Assembly: GCA_963797095.1 (NCBI GenBank)
Contig: CAWCNY010000005.1
Span: forward strand, 416,001-480,000
Reading direction: 5' to 3'
Origin: an uncultured Chloroflexia bacterium
Lineage (GTDB): Bacteria; Chloroflexota; Chloroflexia; QHBQ01; JADMIH01
Length of the DNA: 64,000 bases
Shown one piece after another: positions 37,507-45,648 of the stretch (position 1 is the first letter of the stretch; each line of letters opens with the position of its first letter). The notes under the pieces were generated by a model. That model was not told the origin of the DNA and did not search any database. It saw nothing but the letters and a program-made list of their open reading frames with translations. Both the position numbers and the translations under genes were made by a program.

Positions 37507-38379
37507 ATGCCTCGCATCAGAGTAGTAACCGACAGCGCCTGCGACATACCTGAGGGCCTCCAGCGCCAGCACGACATCACTGTCGTGCCGATGCTTGTGC
37601 GTTGGGGCGCTGAGAGCTACCTTGATAAGTTGAGCATCACCACCGACGATCTCATAGCGCACCAACATGACGATTGGAGCCAGGCGCGCATGCCGGAGGT
37701 CGAGTCGCCCTCAGTGGAGGATTTCAGCAGAACATACCGCCTGCTACGCGAAACGTGCGATGGGGTCATATCGATCCACATCTCCTCCAAAATGAGCGAT
37801 ACGATAGCCAACGCGGGAATCGCCCGCGAGGCTTTCGGACCAATAGGGCAGGGTGGACCATTCCCGGTGGCTGTAGTCGATTCCCTCTCATTTTCGATGG
37901 GACTCGGCTGGATCGTGGTGGAGGTGGCAAAGGCCGCCGAGCGAGGGCTAGACCTGCCGAAGCTGGTTGCCCTGGCTACCCGCCTCACCGGGTTGAGCCA
38001 CGTGGCCTTCTTTACCGAGCAAACAGAAATACTCCTTGCAAGCGGTCACGCCAGCAGGCTCACCAGCCAGGCCGAGAGTTTGGCCAGTATGCGCCCCCTC
38101 TTCCATGTGGACGAGGGTCGTATCTCCGTTTACGAAAAGACACGCACCCGCCCCAAGGCCCGCGACTCGCTGTATAACTTCGTGGAGGACTTTCCCAGCA
38201 TAGGCGAGCTTGCGGTACTGCACACTAACGTCACCCAGAACGACGTGGAGCACTTGCTGACGCGCATCGGCGCTATTTATCCACGCGACCGTATCCCGAT
38301 CATCCAGATTTGCCCGGCATTAGCCTCGTGGCTTGGCCCCGACGTGTTGGGCGTAGCGGTGCTTGAGGGAGAGGAGTAG
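37507..38379 (+). CDS. DegV family protein, divergent paralog
   Basis: VVTDSACDIP, IHISSKMS, VVDS..SMGLG; ligand-binding residues altered. Confidence 0.85.
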   Translation: MPRIRVVTDSACDIPEGLQRQHDITVVPMLVRWGAESYLDKLSITTDDLIAHQHDDWSQARMPEVESPSVEDFSRTYRLLRETCDGVISIHISSKMSDTIANAGIAREAFGPIGQGGPFPVAVVDSLSFSMGLGWIVVEVAKAAERGLDLPKLVALATRLTGLSHVAFFTEQTEILLASGHASRLTSQAESLASMRPLFHVDEGRISVYEKTRTRPKARDSLYNFVEDFPSIGELAVLHTNVTQNDVEHLLTRIGAIYPRDRIPIIQICPALASWLGPDVLGVAVLEGEE

Positions 38380-38386
38380 AATTAGC

Positions 38387-39247
38387 ATGAGCCAGCGTCC
38401 GGTCAGAGTAGTCACCGACAGCGCCGCTGACATACCACGCGAGCTTGCCAGGGAGCTTGGCATCACGGTTGTGCCGTTGCGCGTCCACATGGGCGGCAGA
38501 ACCTACCTTGATGGCGTTGATATCAGCGGCGAGGCGTTTTACCATGAGCTTGAGGCCACCCGCAGCGTGACCACCACCTCGCTCCCGTCGTTAGGCAGCT
38601 TCGAGCAGGCATACCGCCAGATCACAGGCGACGGTTACGATGTAGTGAGCATACATATGTCGTCCAAGCTGAGCGGTACATTCAACGCCGCACTCATGGC
38701 CTCCACAGGCGACGACATACCCGCCGAGTCGATAGCTGTAGTCGATACACACACACTCTGCATGGCGCAGGGCTGGGTCGCCATCGAGGCTGCCGAAGCC
38801 GCCCATGCGGGCGCATCTATGGAGGAAGTGGAGCGCGTGGCAGAGAACGCCGTGGGGCGAGTCGCCCTCTACGGCGCATTGGAAACGCTTGAGTATGTGA
38901 TGAAATCGGGCAGGGTAAGCAGGCTGCCGGGCACAGTCGGTACGCTTCTGAGCATCAAGCCGGTGCTGACCACTCTTCCCAATGGCGAGGCCACCATCCT
39001 GGAGCGGGTGCGCACTCGCAAGAAGGTGCTTGAGCGCCTTGTGGAGCTTACCGCCGAGCTTGGCCCTCTTTCGCGGTTAGCCGTGATGCACGGGGCCGAC
39101 CCGGAAGGCGCAGCCCAATTGCTCGAAATGCTGAAACCGCTCAACCCGCCTGAGCCTGTGCTTGTGGGCCACATTGGTGCCGTACTCGGCACGCATATCG
39201 GGCCGGGTGGGGTAGGGATATGCTGTTTGGCGGATAAAGGAAGATAG
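38387..39247 (+). CDS. DegV family fatty-acid-binding protein (FakB-like)
   Basis: VVTDSAADIP, TTSLPS, SSKLSGT, KSGRV, LGTHIGPG; GGAGGAG-like SD. Confidence 0.9.
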   Translation: MSQRPVRVVTDSAADIPRELARELGITVVPLRVHMGGRTYLDGVDISGEAFYHELEATRSVTTTSLPSLGSFEQAYRQITGDGYDVVSIHMSSKLSGTFNAALMASTGDDIPAESIAVVDTHTLCMAQGWVAIEAAEAAHAGASMEEVERVAENAVGRVALYGALETLEYVMKSGRVSRLPGTVGTLLSIKPVLTTLPNGEATILERVRTRKKVLERLVELTAELGPLSRLAVMHGADPEGAAQLLEMLKPLNPPEPVLVGHIGAVLGTHIGPGGVGICCLADKGR

Positions 39248-39259
39248 CCCTGAACACCT

Positions 39260-40102
39260 ATGTCAACCGAAAATTCGCTGGCCAAAGTAGGCGTCTACAT
39301 CGACGTTGCCAACCTGACACGCAATGGCGGGTACGGTATGCGCTACGACATCCTGCGCATGTTTGCCTGCCGTGACGGGGCAGAGCCGATCCGCCTTAAT
39401 GCCTATGTTAGCTTTGACGAAGATCGCTCGCGAGAGGACCCGGCCTACCGGAGCGCCCAGTTCAACTTCTATTCTCTCCTGCGCGACTTCGGCTACAAAG
39501 TAATACAGAAGGTCGTCAAGTGGTATTACGACGAGAACGGGCGGGCGTTCGGCAAGGCCAACGCCGACCTCGATATGGCGGTCGATGCCCTTTTGCAATC
39601 GGAGAACATTGACCGGGTCTTGTTGTGCACAGGTGATGGTGATTTTGTTCGCGTGGTGCAAGCCCTCCAGAACAGAGGCTGCCGTGTAGAGGTGGTGGCG
39701 TTCGAGAACGTGTCACAGGAGTTGCGGCGCGAGGCCGACCTCTTCATGTCGGGATATTTGATCCCCAACCTGCTGCCCACATCTTCAGGACGGGTTGGCC
39801 CAAACTGGGGGGAGATCGGGTCTAGAGTGCGCGGATTTTGTTATAATCACGCGCCCGACAAGAGCTTCGGCTTCCTGCGAGTAATGAAGAATATCGCCCC
39901 CGACCTGTGGAAGATCAACTCGCGCCTGGCGAACTCGCCCTATGAGAGCGTGTTCTTCCACGACTCGCAACTACCGGAAGGCGTCTATGCGGGTGAACTG
40001 CCCAACCGGAACGTCATTTTCGAGTTCGAGCTGGCGAAGTCGGAAAACAGGGAGAGCGGCTCGCAGGCGGTCAGTATGCAGTTGGTCAGCCCTCGCCGAT
40101 AA
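39260..40102 (+). CDS. NYN domain (LabA/DUF88) protein with C-terminal OB-like domain
   Basis: VYIDVAN, KANADLDMAVD, LCTGDGDF, GCRVEVVAF, LRREADLF; C-terminal FGFLR...VFFH. Confidence 0.88.
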   Translation: MSTENSLAKVGVYIDVANLTRNGGYGMRYDILRMFACRDGAEPIRLNAYVSFDEDRSREDPAYRSAQFNFYSLLRDFGYKVIQKVVKWYYDENGRAFGKANADLDMAVDALLQSENIDRVLLCTGDGDFVRVVQALQNRGCRVEVVAFENVSQELRREADLFMSGYLIPNLLPTSSGRVGPNWGEIGSRVRGFCYNHAPDKSFGFLRVMKNIAPDLWKINSRLANSPYESVFFHDSQLPEGVYAGELPNRNVIFEFELAKSENRESGSQAVSMQLVSPRR

Positions 40103-40109
40103 ATAATAT

Positions 40110-40134
40110 GTAGCGATACATACGCTGCTATAAT
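40110..40134 (+). promoter_or_regulatory. Extended -10 promoter with overlapping imperfect palindrome
   Basis: TGcTATAAT at 40126-40134; GTAGCG-N7-CGCTGC. Confidence 0.5.
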
Positions 40135-40155
40135 AAGCGGAGGAGACTACTCTCA

Positions 40156-40383
40156 ATGATCGATCATGAGGTGATCACACGCAATCCTAATATCCTGGGC
40201 GGAACGCCTGTTTTCAAAGGGACTCGTGTGCCAATACAGGCTCTATTTGATTATCTGGAAGCGGGCGACTCGCTCGATGTCTTCCTGGATCACTTCCCAT
40301 CGGTGGAACGTGAACAGGCCGTGGAATTGCTGGAAACGCTCAAGGAAATTGCTCTTTCTCAAACACCGCTATCACATAAATGA
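40156..40383 (+). CDS. DUF433 antitoxin-like protein
   Basis: NPNILGGTPVFKGTRVPIQALFDYLEAG.SLD.FLDHFPSV. Confidence 0.92.
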   Translation: MIDHEVITRNPNILGGTPVFKGTRVPIQALFDYLEAGDSLDVFLDHFPSVEREQAVELLETLKEIALSQTPLSHK

Positions 40384-40574
40384 GAATACTTCTCGATGAG
40401 TGTGTGCCGCGTCCGCTCAGGAATGAACTGCCTGGACATGAGGTTAGAACTGTCCGGCAAATGGGCTGGTTGGGAATAGAGAATGGAGATCTGCTTCGGC
40501 TGGCCGGGACGCTAGCGGAATCCGAACAGAGCGCGGGGAAGCAGGAAACCGAGCAGCGGATGTGCTACAATTGA
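40380..40574 (+). pseudogene. Truncated DUF5615 PIN-like toxin
   Basis: MRILLDEC...MGW.G..NG.LL matches the intact paralog at 50356 for about 42 aa, then diverges; lacks FD.LLT.D. Confidence 0.8.
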
Positions 40575-40590
40575 CTGACCTGCAACACCC

Positions 40591-40632
40591 GTTCTATATT
40601 CCACATTCTACATCACTCACCCCGCACTCCAT
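40591..40632. repeat. Degenerate heptamer tract (ATTCCAC type) abutting the recG start
   Basis: GTTCTAT ATTCCAC ATTCTAC ATCACTC ACCCCGC ACTCCAT then ATG 40633. Confidence 0.65.
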
Positions 40633-43203
40633 ATGCCCATCCCCACAAACGTCTTCCGCAATATCCTCCGCCTGGAGGAGCACAAAGGCTACACAGATGC
40701 CTCCGTACAGGGCGGCCTCGAAGCGTTCGCCCGGCGCTGGGCCGACCAGATAATTGCCCAGGAGCGCGAGGCCCAAGCCATCTCGTCCGCAATTGCAGGC
40801 GCGTTCAACCGCTACAACTACCTTGACGCATCATCGCGACAAAGCGCTGTCCAGACCGCCAACGAACTGCTCCAGCTTTTCGAGCGTGGCGTGCGCGACT
40901 TGCCCCCGCACCTTGCAACCGCCGGAGGCGCAAACGGCCACCAGGATAAAACTGCGCAAAACGGCAACGGTTATCTCCCAACCAGCCTGGACGACTTCCA
41001 GGGCTGGGACGAGACCGACCCTCGCGCAAAAGCCCCGGTTTCCAAGCGCATGAGCGGCATCGCGCCCGCCCCCGCCGATGGCATAGGGCCTCAACCCCCC
41101 GCATCGAGCCGGGTGGCGCGCCGCAACGCTAACCTCGATTCGCCTGTCACAGTGCTCCGGGGGGTGCAGGACGCTACCGCCCGCCTCCTCAAGCGCCTGG
41201 GCGTCTACACCGTGCGCGATGCCCTCCTCTTCTTCCCGTTCCGCTATGACGACTTTTCCGATATGAAATCCATCGCGGAATTGGAGCCGGACGTGAACCA
41301 GACCATAGTTGGCACTATTTGGGAGGTTGAGGCGCGCAAGACCCGCACCGGCAGGCCGCTCGTCACAGCGGTGCTGGCCGACGACACAGGCACCATCTCG
41401 GTGTCATGGTTCAACCAGGAATATCTGCTCAAGTCGTTGCACCAGGGAGATCCTATCGTCGTTTCCGGCAAGCCTACCCCCTTCAACGGCAGGCTAACCT
41501 TTAATGCGCCGGAATGGGAGCCTTACGACAACGAGTTGCTCCATACTGGGCGCATTGTGCCTGTGTACCGCTCGACCGAGGGACTATACAGGCGCACGCT
41601 GCGGCGTATCATGCACGACGCGGTTGACCGCTTCTGCGACCAATTAGAGGATTACCTGCCCGAAACAATGAAGCGCGACGCGGGGTTGGTCGATCTTCAG
41701 ACCGCCGTGCGGCAGATACACTTCCCCGACTCGAAGATGGATGCGGCCGGGGCTACCAAGCGTCTAGCTTTTGACGAGTTCTTGATGATCCAGTTAGGGA
41801 TGCTTCAGCGCAGGCGCGAATGGCAGGAGTTGCAGAAGGGGCTGGCGATGCCATCCGATCCGCTGGTGCTCGACGGCTTCCTGCGCTCGCTGCCGTTCGA
41901 GTTGACGGGCGCACAGAGACGTGTGGTTGGCGAGATATTAAAGGACATTTCGTCGACAGTGCCAATGACGCGCTTGCTCCAGGGTGATGTCGGTTCGGGT
42001 AAGACTGTTGTGGCCGCCATCGCCCTCCTTGTGGCCGTGCAGAACGGCGCTCAGGGCGCTATCATGGCCCCCACCGAAATCCTGGCCGAGCAGCACTACA
42101 AAAGCATCACGCGCATGGTAGAAAACCTTGGCGAGGCCACGCCAACCGTGCGACTCCTCAAAGGGAGCACCCCCGCCAAAGAGAAGCGCCAGATTTACGC
42201 GGAGATCGCCTCCGGTGCCGTGGATATTGTGGTTGGCACGCACGCGATTATCCAGGAAGGGGTGTCGTTCAAGAAGCTTGGCTTGATAGTTGTGGACGAG
42301 CAGCATCGATTCGGTGTGCTCCAGCGCGACGCCCTCCGCCAGAAGGGGTTAGAGGCGGGCCTCATGCCTCACACTCTGGTGATGACCGCCACCCCCATCC
42401 CGCGCTCGCTGGCCCTCACGATCTACGGAGACCTGGACGTTTCGGTCATTGACGAGATGCCCCCCGGCAGGCGGCTCATCAAGACGCGCTGGGTGGACGG
42501 CCTGCGACGCCAGCAAGCATACGATTTCATCGAGAAGAAGGTGGCCGAAGGACAGCAAGCGTTCGTGATCTGCCCCCTGGTCGAAGAGTCGGACAAAATC
42601 GAGGCCAGGGCCGCTACTGCCGAGCATGAGCGCCTTCAAGCAGAGGTGTTCCCTACCCGCCGTCTGGCCCTCCTGCACGGGCGTATGAAGCCCAAAGAGA
42701 AGGATGAAGTGATGCAATCCTTCCGCGCTGGCGAGGCCGACATCCTGGTATCGACCAGCGTGGTAGAGGTAGGCATAGACGTGCCCAACGCCACCGTGAT
42801 GCTGGTAGAAGGAGCGGACCGCTTCGGCCTGTCACAGTTACACCAGTTCAGGGGGCGCGTGGGACGCGGCGAGCACCAGTCCTATTGTGTGCTGCTGGCC
42901 GAGAACGCGCAGGGTGTAGCCTTCGACCGCATGCAGATCATCCAGGACACGCACGATGGGTTCAAACTGGCCGAAGCCGATCTTGAGATACGCGGTCCAG
43001 GCGAGTTCTTCGGCACTCGCCAGTCAGGTATGCCCGACCTCCGCATGGCAAAGCTGTCGGATATGGCAACCCTCTCGCTTGCGCGGGAGCAGGCAAAATC
43101 CCTATTCGCCCGCGACCCTGACCTTGTGCAGCCTGAGCACACGCCGCTGAAAGAAGTGCTAGAGGCGTTCTGGTCGAGGGCTGAGACGGACGCCAATCAG
43201 TAG
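40633..43203 (+). CDS. recG: ATP-dependent DNA helicase RecG
   Basis: RLAFDEF, LLQGDVGSGKT, DEQHRFG, MTATPIPR, QLHQFRGRVGRG, DLEIRGPGE. Confidence 0.98.
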   Translation: MPIPTNVFRNILRLEEHKGYTDASVQGGLEAFARRWADQIIAQEREAQAISSAIAGAFNRYNYLDASSRQSAVQTANELLQLFERGVRDLPPHLATAGGANGHQDKTAQNGNGYLPTSLDDFQGWDETDPRAKAPVSKRMSGIAPAPADGIGPQPPASSRVARRNANLDSPVTVLRGVQDATARLLKRLGVYTVRDALLFFPFRYDDFSDMKSIAELEPDVNQTIVGTIWEVEARKTRTGRPLVTAVLADDTGTISVSWFNQEYLLKSLHQGDPIVVSGKPTPFNGRLTFNAPEWEPYDNELLHTGRIVPVYRSTEGLYRRTLRRIMHDAVDRFCDQLEDYLPETMKRDAGLVDLQTAVRQIHFPDSKMDAAGATKRLAFDEFLMIQLGMLQRRREWQELQKGLAMPSDPLVLDGFLRSLPFELTGAQRRVVGEILKDISSTVPMTRLLQGDVGSGKTVVAAIALLVAVQNGAQGAIMAPTEILAEQHYKSITRMVENLGEATPTVRLLKGSTPAKEKRQIYAEIASGAVDIVVGTHAIIQEGVSFKKLGLIVVDEQHRFGVLQRDALRQKGLEAGLMPHTLVMTATPIPRSLALTIYGDLDVSVIDEMPPGRRLIKTRWVDGLRRQQAYDFIEKKVAEGQQAFVICPLVEESDKIEARAATAEHERLQAEVFPTRRLALLHGRMKPKEKDEVMQSFRAGEADILVSTSVVEVGIDVPNATVMLVEGADRFGLSQLHQFRGRVGRGEHQSYCVLLAENAQGVAFDRMQIIQDTHDGFKLAEADLEIRGPGEFFGTRQSGMPDLRMAKLSDMATLSLAREQAKSLFARDPDLVQPEHTPLKEVLEAFWSRAETDANQ

Positions 43204-43241
43204 TGCCTGAACCACAACATCACACAGAGATCACAAAGCTC

Positions 43242-43530
43242 TTAAGAATTCGGTGTTACTGAGTTTGCAGGCCCCAGAATATCGTCTACAGCCAGCGCCA
43301 ATTCGCGCACTGCATGGGCGACAATATATTCACCCAGGCCTAGCTCTTTCTGCTTCCGGTACTCTCCTTGCTTGGGCTCCAAGTATACATGTACCTTTTC
43401 CCCTTCGAGATCGACCACCCAAACCTCTGCAATTGCCGCCCGCGCATATAGCGGCACTTTAGTTTCATGGTCATAGCCAATCGATGTATCCGACACTTCT
43501 ACAATCAGGTGAACATCAGCCGGACCACCA
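43242..43530 (-). pseudogene. Uma2/DUF820 endonuclease-like gene fragment (C-terminal half)
   Basis: PADVHLIVEVSDTSIGYD..TKVPLYARAAIAEVWVVDL; the N-terminal ELI.G...H and PEPD regions are absent. Confidence 0.75.
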
Positions 43531-43630
43531 GAAACTACTCGCCGCCGAGTTTTGCCACGCAGCCCACAGCCTGTTATGATTTTATCACACAAGACCTAAC
43601 AGAGAGCCAGGGTAGTAAGCAAAGAGCAAG

Positions 43631-44203
43631 ATGCGTGTAATCTCCGGCACAGCCAAAGGACGCCAGCTTAAAGGTCCGCCAGGCGTGGGCACCCGCCCCA
43701 TGACCGACCGCCTCAAGACCTCGCTTTTCGATACGCTCGTTCCGTACGGTATCGCGGGCGCGCGAGTGCTCGACCTGTATGCGGGTAGCGGCTCGCTTGG
43801 CATCGAGATGCTGTCACGTGGGGCCGAATGGTGCGACTTCGTGGAGCAGAGTGCCCCTGTTTGCCGGGTAATCCGCGACAACCTGGAGATCACTCGATTG
43901 GCAGATAAGGGGCGCGTGCACCAGATGGCTGTAGCCCGATTTCTGAATAGTATGGGGTCCGTGCCCGACCTGCCGCCTTATGATATAATATCGCTCGACC
44001 CACCTTATGCAGACCCGGAGATTAGGAGTACCCTCGACACGATAGCGCGCTGGCCGAAGCTCGCCCCACATGGATTGGTGGTTATCGGCCACGCCACCCA
44101 GGTGGCGCTGGCGGACGATTATGGCGATGGGCATATCCGGCGGTTGAAGCACCGGGTAATGGGTGGCTCGGCATTCTCCATCTACGAGGTAACGGACGAG
44201 TGA
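43631..44203 (+). CDS. rsmD: 16S rRNA m2G966 methyltransferase
   Basis: MRVISGTAKGR.L, RPMTDR, LDLYAGSGSLGIE, DPPY; located between recG and coaD. Confidence 0.92.
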   Translation: MRVISGTAKGRQLKGPPGVGTRPMTDRLKTSLFDTLVPYGIAGARVLDLYAGSGSLGIEMLSRGAEWCDFVEQSAPVCRVIRDNLEITRLADKGRVHQMAVARFLNSMGSVPDLPPYDIISLDPPYADPEIRSTLDTIARWPKLAPHGLVVIGHATQVALADDYGDGHIRRLKHRVMGGSAFSIYEVTDE

Positions 44204-44280
44204 CGAATAATATGCGATACCTGACCACCTTCGGTGGCCTACCTCAAACTCCCTCGGCTTCCGTCGTTCGTCCTTCGTCC
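44194..44280. repeat. Heptamer inverted arms (GACGAAG / CTTCGTC type)
   Basis: GGACGAGTGACGAA (contains the rsmD stop) versus TTCCGTC GTTCGTC CTTCGTC C before the coaD start. Confidence 0.75.
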
Positions 44281-44288
44281 AACAAAAC

Positions 44289-44828
44289 ATGAAAAACTCC
44301 ACATCTAAAGAGCGCATAGCCGTCTATCCTGGCACATTCGACCCAATCACTATGGGCCACCTGGATATCGCTACACGTGCCCTGCGCCTGTGCGACCGCT
44401 TGATCATCGCGGTAGGCGACAATCGCAATAAGAACCCCCTCTTCAATACCGAGGAGCGCATCGACCTGATCCGGCGCTCGCTTGAATGGCGGGAGGTGCA
44501 CGGATCGATAACCGTCACATCGTATTCCGGCCTCACAGTCCATTTTGCCCGCGAGGTAGGCGCGAGCCTTATCGTAAGGGGCTTGCGCGCCGTCACCGAT
44601 TTCGAGTGGGAGTTCCAGCTAGCCCTCATCAATCGAGGTCAGGACCCTACTATCGAAACCGTATGCTTGATGACCAGCGAAGAATACTCGTTCCTCAGCG
44701 CCAGCACTGTCCGTGAACTGGCCCTTCTGGGGGGCAAACTGGACCGTGTGGTCCCTCCGCCCGTGGCAGAGGCGCTACGGGCCAGGTTCAGTCAATCCGC
44801 AAAAAGCGCGGATGTACGCGACATATAA
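44289..44828 (+). CDS. coaD: Phosphopantetheine adenylyltransferase
   Basis: YPGTFDPITMGHLDI, RGLRAVTDFEWE, SFLSASTVRE. Confidence 0.97.
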   Translation: MKNSTSKERIAVYPGTFDPITMGHLDIATRALRLCDRLIIAVGDNRNKNPLFNTEERIDLIRRSLEWREVHGSITVTSYSGLTVHFAREVGASLIVRGLRAVTDFEWEFQLALINRGQDPTIETVCLMTSEEYSFLSASTVRELALLGGKLDRVVPPPVAEALRARFSQSAKSADVRDI

Positions 44829-44892
44829 GGGGTCGGGCAACCGCGATCGGGGTGGTCTTGCGAATACCCCGATCGCGGTTCCCAATTCCTGA
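44829..44892. repeat. Inverted repeat with period-7 arms (GGGGTCG / CCCCGAT type)
   Basis: 15-bp perfect stem AACCGCGATCGGGGT / ACCCCGATCGCGGTT; flanks GGGGTCG and CCCAATT CCTGA. Confidence 0.7.
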
Positions 44893-44923
44893 AGGGAAGG
44901 TGATAGCCATCGCTTCCGACAAC

Positions 44924-45376
44924 ATGAGAATGGACCTCCAGTATCTCATAGACAGGCTGGAGACGATGGTGACGAGCGCCAAGAGGATGCCGATCACCAA
45001 CAAACTGATGATGGATGAGCAGGAACTGGCCGACTTGATCGACCAGATGCGCACGGTACTGCCCGAAGAGGTGCGCGCCGCCCGCAAAGTCCTGCGCGAG
45101 CGAGATACTATCATATCGGAGGCACAGCAACAGGCAGATGAAGTGCTCAAGACCGCCCACGAGCAAGCCGAAATGCTGCTCGACCAGGAGGGGCTGATGG
45201 CCGAGGCCCAGGCGCGCGCCAACCAGCATCTCGAAGAGGCAATGCAGGTCGCCCAGGAGCGCATCGACGGGGCCGACGATTACGCCCGTGAGGTCCTAAG
45301 TTCTCTACAACAACAACTCACCCGCCACCTCTCTATTATCGAGAAAGGTATCTCGGCGCTCAATAGCCGAGAGTAG
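44924..45376 (+). CDS. Conserved coiled-coil protein usually found downstream of coaD
   Basis: LIDRLE.MV..AKRMP, LPEEV..AR, GADDYA.EVL; typical synteny. Confidence 0.8.
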   Translation: MRMDLQYLIDRLETMVTSAKRMPITNKLMMDEQELADLIDQMRTVLPEEVRAARKVLRERDTIISEAQQQADEVLKTAHEQAEMLLDQEGLMAEAQARANQHLEEAMQVAQERIDGADDYAREVLSSLQQQLTRHLSIIEKGISALNSRE

Positions 45377-45480
45377 CAAATGACAATAGCACAGTTGTAA
45401 TTTCAATCCCAATACAGGCGTCTAACTTCATAGGCCGGGCAAGGATCTTGCTTTCTGTAAACTCAATCACATGGTTGTAA

Positions 45481-45502
45481 ATATGTGAGCAGACTCACCT
45501 TT
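45481..45502. promoter_or_regulatory. Possible CRP/FNR-family binding site
   Basis: ATA-TGTGA-gcagac-TCACC-TTT versus consensus AAA-TGTGA-N6-TCACA-TTT. Confidence 0.35.
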
Positions 45503-45648
45503 CACAAATGGCACAGCCTCTATTTGGCGGATGCGCCTCAACCCTTCCTGACCTGTACCGCTCGCGCTTACTAAACGACCGCGGTAAAGTCGTAGCACCC
45601 CTGGAACACTTGGTCTGCCCACCATTTGTCCCTCCTTCATAATTCGCA

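Noticed and set aside
30000-41000. Apparent shift from a G-rich to a C-rich plus strand as a replication terminus
   Set aside because: This is a visual impression with local exceptions; no dif-like site was found, and a cumulative skew calculation would be needed
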